A DNA stretch of 64,000 nt from an uncultured cyanobacterium (GCA_963807635.1 CAWEDJ010000067.1:1-64000); one strand, 5' to 3'. Shown: positions 43,392 through 54,924, counted from the stretch's first letter. The notes: generated from the sequence alone by a model not told the origin. Translations and numbers: made by a program.

Positions 43392-44750
43392 CTACACCTT
43401 GGCCGCACGGTTCGGGCCTGGCTCATTTTCCCGTACCTTCTTGCCACGCCACACCAAACGGATGGGAGTTCCCTTAAAACCGAGTTGTTTGCGAAATTGA
43501 CTTTCGATATAGCGTTTGTAATTTTCGTTAAACCGTTTAGGATCATTAACAAATAACGCGATCGTCGGCGGTTGGGTTGTCACCTGGGTTCCGTAATAAA
43601 TTTTTCCTTGTTTGCCCTGACGAGTGGTCGGCGGAGAATGCCAGCTAACAGCTTCTTCTAAGACTTCGTTGATTACGGCGGTACTCACTCGACGACAATA
43701 CTCGGTATTCGCTTTTTCCACCGCATCGAGAATATTTTGTACTCGTTGCCCAGTCATGGCACTGACAAACATCATTTCCGCCCATTCCATAAAATAGAGA
43801 CGGGACATGAGGTCTTTTTGATATTCATAAATGGTAAAAGCGTTCTTTTCAACCGCATCCCATTTATTGATAATTAAAATCACGGCCCGACCTTCTTCGG
43901 TGATTCGCCCTGCGAGTTTGAGATCCTGTTCCGTTACGCCGTCTAGGACATCTAGCACAAAAAGAATAACATCTGCCCGACGAATGGCCTTAAAAGCTCG
44001 ATTAATACTAAAAAATTCGGCTCCATATTCTACATTCTTTTTACGGCGAATCCCTGCTGTGTCAATTAAGCGATAACGGGTTTCTCCCCGCTCAATGATC
44101 ATGTCAATCGTGTCCCTAGTGGTTCCTGCAATGGGGCTGACGATCGCCCGTTGTTCTCCCGTTAAGGCATTCAGTAAACTAGATTTACCGACATTGGGAC
44201 GACCGATAATGGCAACTTTGATTTCATCGGGTTCAGAATCGGGGTCAACGATGGGTAAATGAATGATTAATTCGTCTAATAATTCCCCTGTGCCATTGCC
44301 ATGAATCGAAGAAATCGCGTAGGGTTCACCTAATCCTAATTCCCAAAATTGAGCGGCCTGAATCATGCCCTGTTCAGGGGATTCGCATTTATTGACCGCC
44401 AGAAGTACAGGCACTTTTTGTTGGCGCAACCACTGGGCAATTTCTTGATCACTGGGAGTGGGGCCTTTTTGGCCATCCACCACAAAAATAGCCGCGCTCG
44501 CTTCTGCAAGGGCTAACATGGCCTGTTCGCGGATCATCGGTAAAAATTCGCTGTCATCATCAAAGACCAATCCGCCCGTATCTACGACTTGAAATTCTCG
44601 GTCTTGCCAATAGGAAGGTTGATAAGTGCGATCGCGGGTGATTCCAGGTTCGTCATGGACGATCGCCTGTTGATTTCCAGCAAGACGATTAACTAGGGTA
44701 GATTTGCCGACATTCGGTCGGCCAACAATAGCAACAATGGGCAGGGGCAT
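43392..44750 (-). CDS. der: Ribosome biogenesis GTPase Der
   Basis: Two GRPNVGKS G-domains. Confidence 0.97.
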   Translation of the reverse strand: MPLPIVAIVGRPNVGKSTLVNRLAGNQQAIVHDEPGITRDRTYQPSYWQDREFQVVDTGGLVFDDDSEFLPMIREQAMLALAEASAAIFVVDGQKGPTPSDQEIAQWLRQQKVPVLLAVNKCESPEQGMIQAAQFWELGLGEPYAISSIHGNGTGELLDELIIHLPIVDPDSEPDEIKVAIIGRPNVGKSSLLNALTGEQRAIVSPIAGTTRDTIDMIIERGETRYRLIDTAGIRRKKNVEYGAEFFSINRAFKAIRRADVILFVLDVLDGVTEQDLKLAGRITEEGRAVILIINKWDAVEKNAFTIYEYQKDLMSRLYFMEWAEMMFVSAMTGQRVQNILDAVEKANTEYCRRVSTAVINEVLEEAVSWHSPPTTRQGKQGKIYYGTQVTTQPPTIALFVNDPKRFNENYKRYIESQFRKQLGFKGTPIRLVWRGKKVRENEPGPNRAAKV

Positions 44751-44847
44751 AATTCGGGGTCACGGAAAGACTAGCTTTACTATCTTAGCCGAAACAACTT
44801 GAACCTGTTGAAAAATGTCTTTTAATAGGAATCAGTTTTGATTTGTT

Positions 44848-45676
44848 CTAAAATTCATTACCTAACAAAAATTTTTGAATCGCGATCGCCACTCCATCTT
44901 CCTCTACATCGATGGTCACCCAATCCGCTATGGCTTGAACCTCTGGAGGGGCGTTCCCCATTGCGACCCCAATCTCGGCATACCGTAACATTTCCAGATC
45001 ATTGAAATTATCTCCAATGGCCATCACTTGCTCAGAAGTTAATCCTAAAATTTCTTCGGCCAGATGGCGAACCGCTAACCCCTTATTGGCTTGGGGATGG
45101 GTTAATTCCAGATAAATTTCTGTCGATTGGGTGACATGGAGTTCATCTCTGCTGAAGCGATCGCTAAAATGAGTAATTAATTCTTGGATTAAGGTCGCAT
45201 CCTGACTCACAACCAGGAGTTTTAAACTAGATCGCTCGGCAATGGAGCCTAAATCTGGCACAATAACGGGTTTTGCTCCAGAACGCAACTTATAACGCTC
45301 GGTTTCTAGGGTAATTTCCCTGACGTACAGTTGATCATCATAGTAACAATGCACATCCAATCTGGATCTAAACTGCGGCTGTTCCAGATGATCTAAAAGT
45401 GCCAGAGCAATATTGGGCGTGACGGATAATTCTTGATAGGTTTTGTCGGTTTGGGGATCTTTGATTAACGCGCCATTGTAAGCAATTAGGGGCAGTTGGG
45501 AACCGATATCGTGATAAAAAGGCAGGGGCCGAATGGTACATTCTTCCCGTTGCGAGGGCGACCTGAATTCCTTGAGCCTGAACTGCTTTGATCGCCGATT
45601 TAATCGGTTCACGGACGCTATTGGATTCTCCCGCGATCGTACCGTCAATGTCCAGGACTAATAGGCGAATATCCAC
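44848..45676 (-). CDS. Cof-type HAD-IIB hydrolase (frameshift near 45525)
   Basis: LDIDGT, LATGR, NGA, GDNFND and MGNA motifs. Confidence 0.9.
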
Positions 45677-45697
45677 AAACGACCCCTAACTTACTAA

Positions 45698-45770
45698 CGA
45701 ACACGGAGGGATTCGAACCCCCGACCCTCAGGACCGGAACCTGATGCTCTATCCACTGAGCTACGTGTCC
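45698..45770 (-). tRNA. tRNA-Arg (CCG)
   Basis: GGACACGTAGCTCAGTGGATAGAGCATCAGGTTCCGGTCCTGAGGGTCGGGGGTTCGAATCCCTCCGTGTTCG; 73 nt; no encoded CCA. Confidence 0.96.
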
Positions 45771-45796
45771 ACAAACGATCCTTAAGATAACATTTT

Positions 45797-46900
45797 TTAG
45801 TCGCGATCGGGGAGAAACTTTGCGCCGCGCTGTTGGAGGCTTTCTCTGAGGGTGTCGGTCATGCCAGCATTATCACCAAAAAGGGTTTCGGTAAGTGTCG
45901 CACTACTAAGGTTTGCGTTAGTGATATTGGTCTGAGTCAAATTAGCATGACTTAAATTGCTGCCAATGAGATTGACGAGGGCCAAGCTCGCTTTATGAAA
46001 ATCCGTATATTGCAAATCCGCGCTTTCTAAATAGGCTCCACTCAGATCTGCTCCACTAAAATTAGCATTCCTCAGATTGGCTTCACTTAAATCCGCATCG
46101 GTAAGAATTGCGCCTCGAAAATTAAGACAAGAGAGGTCTGCACCACTCAATTCAACGCTATTCAGGACGGCTCCTAGAAAATTCCCTCCTGCCAAGTCTT
46201 TTTTCAGATTCAATCCTGCGATTTGAGCGAGTTCAGCTAAATTTTGAGTATCGGCTTCATAAATTTGATCAATGATATTTTGAAGTTCTCCTAGCTTTTC
46301 TGCACTAGCTTCAAGAAATTTGGGAGTGACGGGATCGTATTGGGGGATAGAATCGGCGATCGCGTACTGAACGCTACAAACCTGGGGAGTAAAATAATGT
46401 TGCACCAAAAAGCGAGCTAAAACCCGTTCTAGAATGCCGTGCTTATTGGGGCTGAGATCGTGCCGCCATAAATTCTCGGCGTTGGTGATAGAAAGATCGG
46501 CGGGACGAATTTCCCAAGTTCCTGTGAGATAACAAGGCTGATCGTTGAGAATAATGTTACCCAAGGGAATATCTTGATGAACCTGATCGAGAAAACTTTT
46601 GCCACGAGGAGGAAGCAATTGCCACACAAATCCTGACGTTTGCTCATTGGCCAATCGGGAAATATTGTCTCTTTGCTCAGGAAGAGGGATGAATTCACCT
46701 GAATTTAGCTTGAGTTTAAAGAGTCCTGCCTTCAATGCCAATTTAACCCTTCCCCCTAACAGCGATCGCCACTGCTCTTGGTAATGGAGACCGAGGGAAA
46801 GGGAAAAGGTCTTTTCTGAAGGATCAAAAATCCCTGTAAGGTCGAGTTCAACCCATTCGGGATAAGGATTTTGGATTTCTAGCAGATGAATCTCTGGCAT
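45797..46900 (-). CDS. Pentapeptide repeat protein
   Basis: A(D/N)Lxx repeats in the C-terminal third. Confidence 0.9.
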   Translation of the reverse strand: MPEIHLLEIQNPYPEWVELDLTGIFDPSEKTFSLSLGLHYQEQWRSLLGGRVKLALKAGLFKLKLNSGEFIPLPEQRDNISRLANEQTSGFVWQLLPPRGKSFLDQVHQDIPLGNIILNDQPCYLTGTWEIRPADLSITNAENLWRHDLSPNKHGILERVLARFLVQHYFTPQVCSVQYAIADSIPQYDPVTPKFLEASAEKLGELQNIIDQIYEADTQNLAELAQIAGLNLKKDLAGGNFLGAVLNSVELSGADLSCLNFRGAILTDADLSEANLRNANFSGADLSGAYLESADLQYTDFHKASLALVNLIGSNLSHANLTQTNITNANLSSATLTETLFGDNAGMTDTLRESLQQRGAKFLPDRD

Positions 46901-47099
46901 AGCTCAAGAAAAATTGAATGATTCTGGATAGGCACATAGCCTTAATAATGACCTTCTTGCTGTCCTAGTGTCTAGTCCCGATGAATAGCTTAAACAAAAG
47001 ATCAAAGAAATTAGAAAAAAAGTCATAAAAAATCGACTTTGTGTATAATCATGATACAGAAATAGAAAGTTCTTTTCCCGTCTTTAACTCAAGAATTTG

Positions 47100-47777
47100 A
47101 TGGATCAGTCACTCACTCAAGACAAACCGCTCACAGCCGTATTCCGCCGCTTGGGAAATAGTTCCTTTCCTCCTGTTGTAGAAAGTTTTGATCGCAGCAA
47201 AACAATCTTTTTTCCAGGAGATCCCGCCGAAAGGGTTTACTTTTTACTCAAAGGGGCTGTTAAGCTTTCCCGTGTCTATGAAGCGGGGGAAGAAATTACC
47301 GTAGCTTTATTGCGAGAAAATAGCGTTTTCGGTGTTTTATCCTTAATTACGGGGCAACGATCCGATCGCTTCTACCATGCCGTAGCCTTTACCCCTGTGG
47401 AATTACTCTCTGCCCCTATCGAACAGGTAGAACAAGCTCTCAAAGAACATCCTGATTTGGCGATGTTGATGTTACAGGGTCTCTCTTCTCGGATCTTACA
47501 GACGGAAATGATGATCGAGACCCTGGCTCATCGGGATATGGGATCGCGCCTAGTGAGTTTTCTGTTGATTCTGTGTCGAGATTTCGGGGTTCCCACTTCG
47601 GAGGGGATTCGGGTGGACTTAAAATTGTCCCATCAGGCGATCGCCGAAGCCATTGGATCGACTAGAGTAACGGTAACGCGACTTTTAGGAGATCTAAGGG
47701 AGGGGGAATTGATTTCTATTCACAAGAAAAAAATCACCGTCCATAATCCTGTTGCATTAAGCCAACAATTTACCTAA
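47100..47777 (+). CDS. ntcA: Global nitrogen regulator NtcA
   Basis: [34 protein letters not shown] motifs. Confidence 0.98.
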   Translation: MDQSLTQDKPLTAVFRRLGNSSFPPVVESFDRSKTIFFPGDPAERVYFLLKGAVKLSRVYEAGEEITVALLRENSVFGVLSLITGQRSDRFYHAVAFTPVELLSAPIEQVEQALKEHPDLAMLMLQGLSSRILQTEMMIETLAHRDMGSRLVSFLLILCRDFGVPTSEGIRVDLKLSHQAIAEAIGSTRVTVTRLLGDLREGELISIHKKKITVHNPVALSQQFT

Positions 47778-47786
47778 ACCTGAGAT

Positions 47787-49280
47787 ATGACCAGCGCCTA
47801 TATCCTCATTCTCGTCGTATTAATTTTTGGGGGATTAATCGCGGCTTTAGGCGATCGCCTGGGAAGTAAAGTCGGGAAAGCCAAACTACGAATTTTTAAT
47901 TTGCGACCCCGACAAACCGCCGTCGTCTTGACCGTCATGACAGGAACCTTGATTGCGGCTACCACTTTGGGGGTACTATTTACCTTTAGTAAATCCTTAA
48001 GAGAAGGCATTTTTAAACTAGATGATATTCTCAAACAATTAAGAGTTGCCCAGGCTGATTTGGAAAAAGCGGCTAGGGAAAAAGTAGAAATTGAAAAAAA
48101 ACTTAAAGCGGCTAAAATTCAGGAAAAAGTCGCCAAAACTCAACAGGAATCTCTACAAAAACGGAGTAAAGAAATTAATGAAAACTATAATCGGGTTTTA
48201 AATAAATTAAAACAAGCTTCTTCAGCCGCTACAAAATTACAATCAGATGTCAAAATTTTATTAAAGGAACGAGAACAATTAGCCCAACAACGACAAACCC
48301 TAACCCAGGAAATGAATACCCTCCAAGCTCAGGTTAAACTCAGGGATAATGAACTCAATAAACGACAAGATAAAATTGCGGCCCAAGACAAAATTTTGTC
48401 TGAGCGTCAGGCACGTTTACAAATTTTAGAAAAACGGTTTCAAACGCTAGAATCCCAACGTCAAAAACTCCAAAGTGAAATTAATACACGAGATAGTAGA
48501 ATTAGTGAATTAGACCAGGCGATCGCGTTAAAAAATGAAACGATTAAAGTTCGAGAAGATAAATTAAAAGACCTGGAAAATCAACTGGGTTATTTAAATC
48601 GACAGGTTCAGATTTTAGAGCAATATTATCAAAATTATCAAGATCTACGAGAGCGTAGAATTGCCCTAGTTCGGGGACAAGTACTGGCTTTTGCTGCATT
48701 AAGAATTGTTAATCCCCAGGCGGTTACTAATGCGATCGATGAACTCTTGAGACAGGCCAATAAAATGGTACTGGAAGCCGTTTTACCGCCCAATACCCCC
48801 ATGCCTTCTTCACCCTTAGTTAAAATTACCAAAGCCCAGGTAGAACAGCTTGCTAATCAATTACAAAGCGGAGAAGATTATGTCGTAAGAATTATTTCGG
48901 CGGGGAATTATGTTCAGGGAGAAAATGATATTCGGGTCTTTGCAGATGTTGCGCCTAATAAATTAATTTTTCCAGCAGATGAAATTATTGCAACTATTTC
49001 AATGGATGCCTCCAATTTTAGCGAAGAAGATATTCAAAAACGACTCGATTTAATTCTATCTGCCGCTCGTTTTCGCGCTCGTCGAGAAGGTATTTTAGGG
49101 GGAATTCAAGTAGAAGATGGACGGGTAAAAACCTTAATCAAATTTATTGAAGATATTAGCAAAACAGGAAATCGCCCTGATGAAATACGAGTTGTAACAG
49201 CAACGGACACTTATACTGTCGGGCCCTTAAAATTAAGATTAATTGCCCTTAAAAATGGAGAAATCATTTTTGAAACCTAA
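47787..49280 (+). CDS. DUF3084 coiled-coil membrane protein
   Basis: GDRLGSKVGK...LRPRQTA; long coiled coil; lies downstream of ntcA. Confidence 0.85.
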   Translation: MTSAYILILVVLIFGGLIAALGDRLGSKVGKAKLRIFNLRPRQTAVVLTVMTGTLIAATTLGVLFTFSKSLREGIFKLDDILKQLRVAQADLEKAAREKVEIEKKLKAAKIQEKVAKTQQESLQKRSKEINENYNRVLNKLKQASSAATKLQSDVKILLKEREQLAQQRQTLTQEMNTLQAQVKLRDNELNKRQDKIAAQDKILSERQARLQILEKRFQTLESQRQKLQSEINTRDSRISELDQAIALKNETIKVREDKLKDLENQLGYLNRQVQILEQYYQNYQDLRERRIALVRGQVLAFAALRIVNPQAVTNAIDELLRQANKMVLEAVLPPNTPMPSSPLVKITKAQVEQLANQLQSGEDYVVRIISAGNYVQGENDIRVFADVAPNKLIFPADEIIATISMDASNFSEEDIQKRLDLILSAARFRARREGILGGIQVEDGRVKTLIKFIEDISKTGNRPDEIRVVTATDTYTVGPLKLRLIALKNGEIIFET

Positions 49281-49297
49281 CATCAAGAGAAAAGTAA

Positions 49298-49696
49298 ATG
49301 TTTTATTTAGGCTTTGACCCAGGACGAGATAAATGCGGAATAGCAGTGGTGGATACCAATTATGGTGTTCATTGTCATGAGGTTATTTTATCCGATGATG
49401 TTGCTGAAAATTTAGTCTCTGTCTGTCAACAATTTCCCATTGGACAATTAATTATGGGCAATCAAACGACGGCCAAACAATGGAAAGCCCAGTTAGAAAA
49501 GATTTTACCCCGTCCCATTCCCATTACAATGGTTGATGAACGCAATAGCTCCGTAGAAGCCCGCGATCGCTATTGGGAAATGTATCCTCCCCAGGGATTA
49601 ATCCGTTTAATACCCCAGGGTTTGCGAGTGCCTCCTCGTCCTATTGATGATATTGTTGCAATTTTATTAATTGAACGTTATCTTGCGCAGATTTAA
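49298..49696 (+). CDS. YqgF/RuvX-like RNase H-fold nuclease
   Basis: GFDPGRDKCG, VDERNSS and DDIVA motifs. Confidence 0.85.
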   Translation: MFYLGFDPGRDKCGIAVVDTNYGVHCHEVILSDDVAENLVSVCQQFPIGQLIMGNQTTAKQWKAQLEKILPRPIPITMVDERNSSVEARDRYWEMYPPQGLIRLIPQGLRVPPRPIDDIVAILLIERYLAQI

Positions 49697-49753
49697 ACGA
49701 GTTTCTAACACTTAATTATCAATTTTTAATTATCAATCATCAACTTTTAATTT

Positions 49754-50869
49754 ATGAACTGGTGGCAAAAACTTCAAGAAAATTCCCTTGCTCGTTTCGG
49801 TGCAATTTTATTATTAATTTTTTATTTAAGTGTTATTGCCGCCGATTTTATCGCTCCCTACGATCCCTACACTTCCCAAATAGACGGCTCCCTCCTCCCT
49901 CCTACCACCATTCATTGGCGAAGTCCAGAGGGTCAATGGATTGGCCCCCATGTTTATCCCACCACCCAAAGTCCGACCGATCTCATCACAGGCGATCGCG
50001 ACTTGAATGTAGATTTCAGTAAACCATCCCCCATCACATTTTTTGCTAAAGGAACTCCCTATCGTTTACTCCAATTAAAACTGCCCCTACCCCCTAAATT
50101 CCAAGAAAAAGAGATTTTTTCAGGAATTGAATTGAATCGTCATTTATTTGGTACTGATGGATCGGCCTACCTCAATCTTTTAGGAACCGATGAACAGGGA
50201 AGAGATCAATTTAGTCGCCTTTTATTTGGGGGAAGAATTAGTTTATTTATTGGGTTAGTCGGCATTGTTATTTCTTTTCCATTGGGAATGATTGTTGGGG
50301 GAATATCGGGTTATTTTGGGGGTTGGATTGATGCTATTTTAATGCGATTTGTTGAAGTTTTAATGACCATTCCTGGCATTTATTTGTTAGTGGCTCTCGC
50401 GGCTGTATTGCCTCCTGGCTTAACCAGCGCACAACGTTTTTTATTAATTGTTTTAATCACCTCTTTTATCGGTTGGTCTGGACTTGCTAGGGTCATTCGG
50501 GGTCAAGTTTTATCTATCAAGGAACAGGAATTCGTCCAGGCGGCCCAAGCAATGGGAGCAACACCTTGGCGTATTATTGTTCGGCATATTTTACCGCAAA
50601 CGGCTACCTATATTATTATCTCCGCCACCTTAGCTGTCCCTGGTTTTATTATTTCGGAATCTGTTCTAAGCCTAATTGGGCTAGGTATTCAACAACCCGA
50701 TCCCAGTTGGGGAAATTTACTTTCCTTGGGGACAAATGCCTCAATTTTAGTTTTGCAACCCTGGTTAATTTGGCCACCTGCTTTATTGATTATTTTGACG
50801 GTATTATGTTTTAATTTATTAGGAGATGGACTGCGGGATGCCCTTGATCCTCGTAGTTTACAAGAATAG
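49754..50869 (+). CDS. Peptide/nickel ABC transporter permease (OppC/DppC)
   Basis: LGTDEQGRD, EFVQAA..MGA and PSWG motifs. Confidence 0.92.
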   Translation: MNWWQKLQENSLARFGAILLLIFYLSVIAADFIAPYDPYTSQIDGSLLPPTTIHWRSPEGQWIGPHVYPTTQSPTDLITGDRDLNVDFSKPSPITFFAKGTPYRLLQLKLPLPPKFQEKEIFSGIELNRHLFGTDGSAYLNLLGTDEQGRDQFSRLLFGGRISLFIGLVGIVISFPLGMIVGGISGYFGGWIDAILMRFVEVLMTIPGIYLLVALAAVLPPGLTSAQRFLLIVLITSFIGWSGLARVIRGQVLSIKEQEFVQAAQAMGATPWRIIVRHILPQTATYIIISATLAVPGFIISESVLSLIGLGIQQPDPSWGNLLSLGTNASILVLQPWLIWPPALLIILTVLCFNLLGDGLRDALDPRSLQE

Positions 50870-51077
50870 AAAAATTAGTTCTATTTATCAGCTAATTACT
50901 TTAGGTAACTGATGAGAATTAAACTAATAGTATATTTTGTGATCGTTCCCCTCCCTTGATAAAAATGGTTTCCGTCAGACGGGCGGATTCTACAATTTTT
51001 AATGCTCACCCGATTAATCCTATTTTAACCCTCAGAAATATTCATATTTCAACCATAGACTAAACAGATACATAACT

Positions 51078-51560
51078 ATGTGGGAAAAATCAAAAACTCA
51101 GCTTATTAAACTAGCGTCTCTGTTGGGAGACGATCACTTTCTGAAAGTATTGCATTTTTTTGAGAAACTCATTGCCAAAATTCTCTCTACTTGTCTGATA
51201 ATTGTTATTTTTGTTTCTCTTGCTGATTTAATAAAATATTTATATACAGATCTTTTTGGACAGCATCCTGTTGGTTTTTTTGGGACAACTTTAATTGAGA
51301 TTTTTGGTCTATTTTTAAATATTCTAATTGCAATGGAGTTATTAGAAAACATTACTGGATACCTGAAAAAAAATGTTATTCAAGTTGAATTAGTGATTAT
51401 AACTTCCATCATTGCTGTCGCCCGTAAAATTATTATTTTCGATTTCAATAAATACGGCGAGATGCAATTAGCGGCATTGGTCGTGGCAACCTTGGGCTTA
51501 TCAGGAAGTTATTGGTTGCTTAAACAAATTAGCGATCGCCGAGAACAGAATCACGATTAA
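51078..51560 (+). CDS. PsiE-family membrane protein
   Basis: ILIAMELL...IAVARKIII motif. Confidence 0.82.
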   Translation: MWEKSKTQLIKLASLLGDDHFLKVLHFFEKLIAKILSTCLIIVIFVSLADLIKYLYTDLFGQHPVGFFGTTLIEIFGLFLNILIAMELLENITGYLKKNVIQVELVIITSIIAVARKIIIFDFNKYGEMQLAALVVATLGLSGSYWLLKQISDRREQNHD

Positions 51561-51854
51561 TACAATTAAGTCAAAACAATTATCTAGAATAATCCCTAAA
51601 ATTCAAATATTTTGCAGATCTGCGATCGCCTTTTTATGATAAATAAATTTAAAATTTTCCTATTAAGGGGGAACGTTACTCAACCAATGAAATGCAAGTA
51701 GCCTCCTGAATCAAGAAGAAGACTAGTCACAAGTCCCAGAAAAATATACAATTCTAGATAACTTGGCTAAACCCTAGTCCGTTGCTAACGCTGGGGAAAT
51801 TGATTATCCACGCCCTTATCATTAAAAATATCCCGTTAGGAGGAAAAACTTTTC

Positions 51855-52265
51855 ATGAAAATTCTATCTCGTTTTTTGGTTGTCCTGACTCTGATCGTCG
51901 GTTGCCTTGGTTTTCTAGGACAATTTCCCGCTCAGGCCCTGGGCTTTCCTTCTTCTTCAACGATTGTTGCGGAAGCTTTAGTCAATAAAGTCGATGCTAA
52001 ACTCACTACCGAGTATGGACAAAAAATCGATTTAAATAATAGCGATATTCGTGATTTCCGAGATTTACGCGGTTTTTATCCTAATTTAGCGGGCAAAATT
52101 ATTAAAAATGCTCCCTATGATGAAATCGATGATGTTTTGACGATTCCTGGCTTGTCTGACAAACAAAAAGAACAATTACAAGCCAATTTGGACAAATTCA
52201 CCGTAACCGAAACTTCTCAGGAATTGACTGAAGGCGATGACCGTTATAATCCTGGGGTTTACTAA
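51855..52265 (+). CDS. psbU: Photosystem II extrinsic protein U
   Basis: KIDLNN, GFYPNLA and DRYNPGVY motifs. Confidence 0.96.
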   Translation: MKILSRFLVVLTLIVGCLGFLGQFPAQALGFPSSSTIVAEALVNKVDAKLTTEYGQKIDLNNSDIRDFRDLRGFYPNLAGKIIKNAPYDEIDDVLTIPGLSDKQKEQLQANLDKFTVTETSQELTEGDDRYNPGVY

Positions 52266-52310
52266 ATACGGGTTTTTATTTATTTTCAAATAAATTAGAG
52301 AATAAGTTTT

Positions 52311-52341
52311 AGGGGGTTCAATGTTAACCCTCTTTTTTTTT
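52311..52341 (+). terminator. Intrinsic terminator after psbU
   Basis: AGGGGGTT...AACCCTCT followed by a T-run. Confidence 0.65.
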
Positions 52342-52553
52342 AATCAAAAATATTCAACTCCAAGGGTTTTGTTTTTTGAGGAATTGTCGATCGCGCCTAA
52401 AGGTTCGGACATTACCCATGCAGGCGATCGCGGAACCGAACCATCGATTTTCAACTAAGAACTACTCTAAAGGTAGAGGAGCAAAGCAGAAAGAAGCTTT
52501 ACTCTTGTAGAGTGAGGAGTAGCTGGTGAATGCTAATTCTGGAGGTAAGTCCT

Positions 52554-53015
52554 ATGTCGTTAATACGCTGGCAACCTTTTCGAGAAATTGATGAACTCCA
52601 ACGGGAAATGAATCGATTTTTCGATGTCTTGATACCCAAAGAATCCATTGGCAATGGTGAAAAGGCTGTATGGAACTTTGTTCCGTCTGCTGAATTGATT
52701 GATACTCCCGAAGCAGTCAACCTTAAATTAGAAGTTCCAGGAATCGACCCCAAAGATATAGACATTGAAGTAACCGCCGATTCCGTCAGCATTCGGGGTG
52801 AACGTAAATCTGAAAGCAAGACCGAAGAAAAAGGCATGACTCGCACCGAATTTCGCTATGGCGAGTTCCATCGAGTCATTCCATTACCCGTCCATATTAA
52901 TAACACCGATGTCAAAGCCACTTACAAAGACGGTATTCTTACCTTAGCTTTACCCAAAGTGGAAGAAGAACAAAACCGAGTGGTGAAAGTGGCGATTGCC
53001 GCAGGTGAAGGTTAA
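52554..53015 (+). CDS. hspA: Small heat-shock protein (Hsp20)
   Basis: GGAGGT RBS; WQPFRE, EFRYG.F.R and YKDGIL..LPK motifs. Confidence 0.92.
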   Translation: MSLIRWQPFREIDELQREMNRFFDVLIPKESIGNGEKAVWNFVPSAELIDTPEAVNLKLEVPGIDPKDIDIEVTADSVSIRGERKSESKTEEKGMTRTEFRYGEFHRVIPLPVHINNTDVKATYKDGILTLALPKVEEEQNRVVKVAIAAGEG

Positions 53016-53112
53016 TCTTGCCTGACAAATTTCTTAGATTCTATGATCAGGAGGTGAAATGCCACCAACTAAAGTTACTCTTAACTAATTTCTAAATAAT
53101 CCTTTAATGTTG

Positions 53113-53142
53113 GGGTGGGAGATTTTATCCCACCTTTTTTTT
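53113..53142 (+). terminator. Intrinsic terminator after hspA
   Basis: GGTGGGA...TCCCACC followed by a T-run. Confidence 0.7.
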
Positions 53143-53174
53143 GCAAAAGTTGTCACGAAGTTGGTAGGAAAGTA

Positions 53175-53993
53175 TTAGGGAGCGTCATCCCATTCAGGCG
53201 TTAGAGTCCGAAAATTAAAGTTTTTCACATTAGGATGGCAGGTGACACAGGTTTTTGATGTCATATCGGGGGGCATCGTCACCCTGGGGTGTAGTGCTTT
53301 AAAATAACGAGATTTTTCGACATAAAGCGGAAGAGGAGAATCGGGCGGCAAAGGACGAGAAAAATTACTTAAATAATCCCAAATCAATAATTGGGTCAGC
53401 CGATTGTAATTAGGAATGACAACCCCAAAATGGTTATCGGGTTTGCGTAAAATTTCTCGCCAACTTTCCGTCGGTAAAACCTCTGGGGGAATGGCAATGT
53501 GGCAACTCGCGCAGGTTTCCATATAGGCTTGAAACCCAGGTTCATAACGAGTCGGAACGGGATCAACAGACATCGGCTGATTAGGCGCGATCGCGGGCGG
53601 ATTGTAGAGAAATTTTGTTTCTGAGGGAGAAGGCTGGGAGGAACTGGGGGAAGGTTTAGGAGAGGGCTTGGGGGAAGGACTAGCAGAAGGTTTGGGTGAG
53701 GGACTAGGAGAAGGCTTAGCAGAAGGTTTGGGGAAGGGTTTAGGTTTTTGGGATGCGCCCGATGGAGTCGGTTTGGGGGTAGGGGATTTTTTAGGAGTCG
53801 GTTTGGACTGGGGCTTTGGTGTGGTCGATTTTGGTGGCGTTGTCTGGGCAGAAATTAATGATGTTGAAGGAGAGTTACCAGACTTTTCTAATGCCGATGC
53901 CATGCCCCACCCCAATCCAATCGTCCAAAAACAAACAACCAAAAAGAGAATTAGGGTTAATAGCGATCGCGTCAATTTCTGCAATTTCAACAT
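53175..53993 (-). CDS. Diheme cytochrome c (DHC) with Pro/Ser/Lys-rich linker
   Basis: CASCH and CVTCH haem motifs, HFG; N-terminal TM/signal. Confidence 0.85.
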   Translation of the reverse strand: MLKLQKLTRSLLTLILFLVVCFWTIGLGWGMASALEKSGNSPSTSLISAQTTPPKSTTPKPQSKPTPKKSPTPKPTPSGASQKPKPFPKPSAKPSPSPSPKPSASPSPKPSPKPSPSSSQPSPSETKFLYNPPAIAPNQPMSVDPVPTRYEPGFQAYMETCASCHIAIPPEVLPTESWREILRKPDNHFGVVIPNYNRLTQLLIWDYLSNFSRPLPPDSPLPLYVEKSRYFKALHPRVTMPPDMTSKTCVTCHPNVKNFNFRTLTPEWDDAP

Positions 53994-54003
53994 CAGTAAT
54001 TTT

Positions 54004-54924
54004 TTAAAGCTCAGTATTTTCAATAGGGACAGTCCGCAACAACCTTTCCACAATCGTTTTAGCTTGCTTTCCACTAGCGGTAATCAAACGATGGGACAAA
54101 ACATGGGGAGCCACAACCTTAATATCATCGGGAATCACATAATCCCGCTCCTCTAAAAAGGCTAAGGCTTGGGATGCTTTCTGTAAAGCCACCGCCCCCC
54201 TCGGACTGGCTCCGAGAATAATTTCATCATCAGTACGAGAAGTCCGCACCAGGTTGAGAATATATTGCTGTAACTCAGTAGTAATCTTAACTTGACTCAC
54301 TAGGCTTTGGAGATCTTTCACCGTCTCTAGGGAAATACAGGGTTTTAGATCATCCATTACCATCGGTTGTTGATGACGTTGGAGCATTTGCAGTTCTTCT
54401 GCTTCCGTCGGATAACCCAGGCTCAAGGAAACTGCAAACCGATCCATCTGGGCTTCTGGCAGAGGAAAGGTTCCCTGATATTCCACAGGATTCTGGGTAG
54501 CAATCACAAAAAACGGATAGGGGACAAAGCGCGTTTCCCCATCCACCGTGATTTGTTTTTCTTCCATCACTTCCAATAAAGCCGATTGGGTACGGGGCGT
54601 TGCTCGATTAATTTCATCCGCTAATAGCACATTGGCAAAGGCAGGGCCAGGCATAAACTCAAATTCGCGGGTACTAGGATTCCAAATATTGGTTCCTGTA
54701 ATATCGTTGGGTAATAGGTCAGGGGTACATTGCACCCGTTGAAAACGTCCATTAATCGATCGCGCGAGGGATTTGGCCAACAAGGTTTTTCCGACCCCAG
54801 GGACATCTTCTAACAAGGCATGACCACCGCTCAGGAGCGCGACAAGTACCAGACGGATCGCCTCCGATTTGCCGACAATGGTACGACTCAGGTTATCGGT
54901 CAGAATAGTAATTTGATCGCGCAT
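54004..54924 (-). CDS. MoxR AAA+ ATPase
   Basis: DVPGVGKT, DEINRA, ATQNP and GASPRG motifs. Confidence 0.93.
   Translation of the reverse strand: MRDQITILTDNLSRTIVGKSEAIRLVLVALLSGGHALLEDVPGVGKTLLAKSLARSINGRFQRVQCTPDLLPNDITGTNIWNPSTREFEFMPGPAFANVLLADEINRATPRTQSALLEVMEEKQITVDGETRFVPYPFFVIATQNPVEYQGTFPLPEAQMDRFAVSLSLGYPTEAEELQMLQRHQQPMVMDDLKPCISLETVKDLQSLVSQVKITTELQQYILNLVRTSRTDDEIILGASPRGAVALQKASQALAFLEERDYVIPDDIKVVAPHVLSHRLITASGKQAKTIVERLLRTVPIENTEL

Noticed and set aside
45698..45770. tRNA-Arg as an integration site for an island
   Set aside because: No integrase or duplicated tRNA 3' end seen; the flanking genes are ordinary.
47042..47058. Autoregulatory NtcA box upstream of ntcA (TGTA-TAATCATGA-TACA)
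   Set aside because: The spacer is 9 nt, not the canonical 8. It could be an indel artefact but cannot be supported as written.
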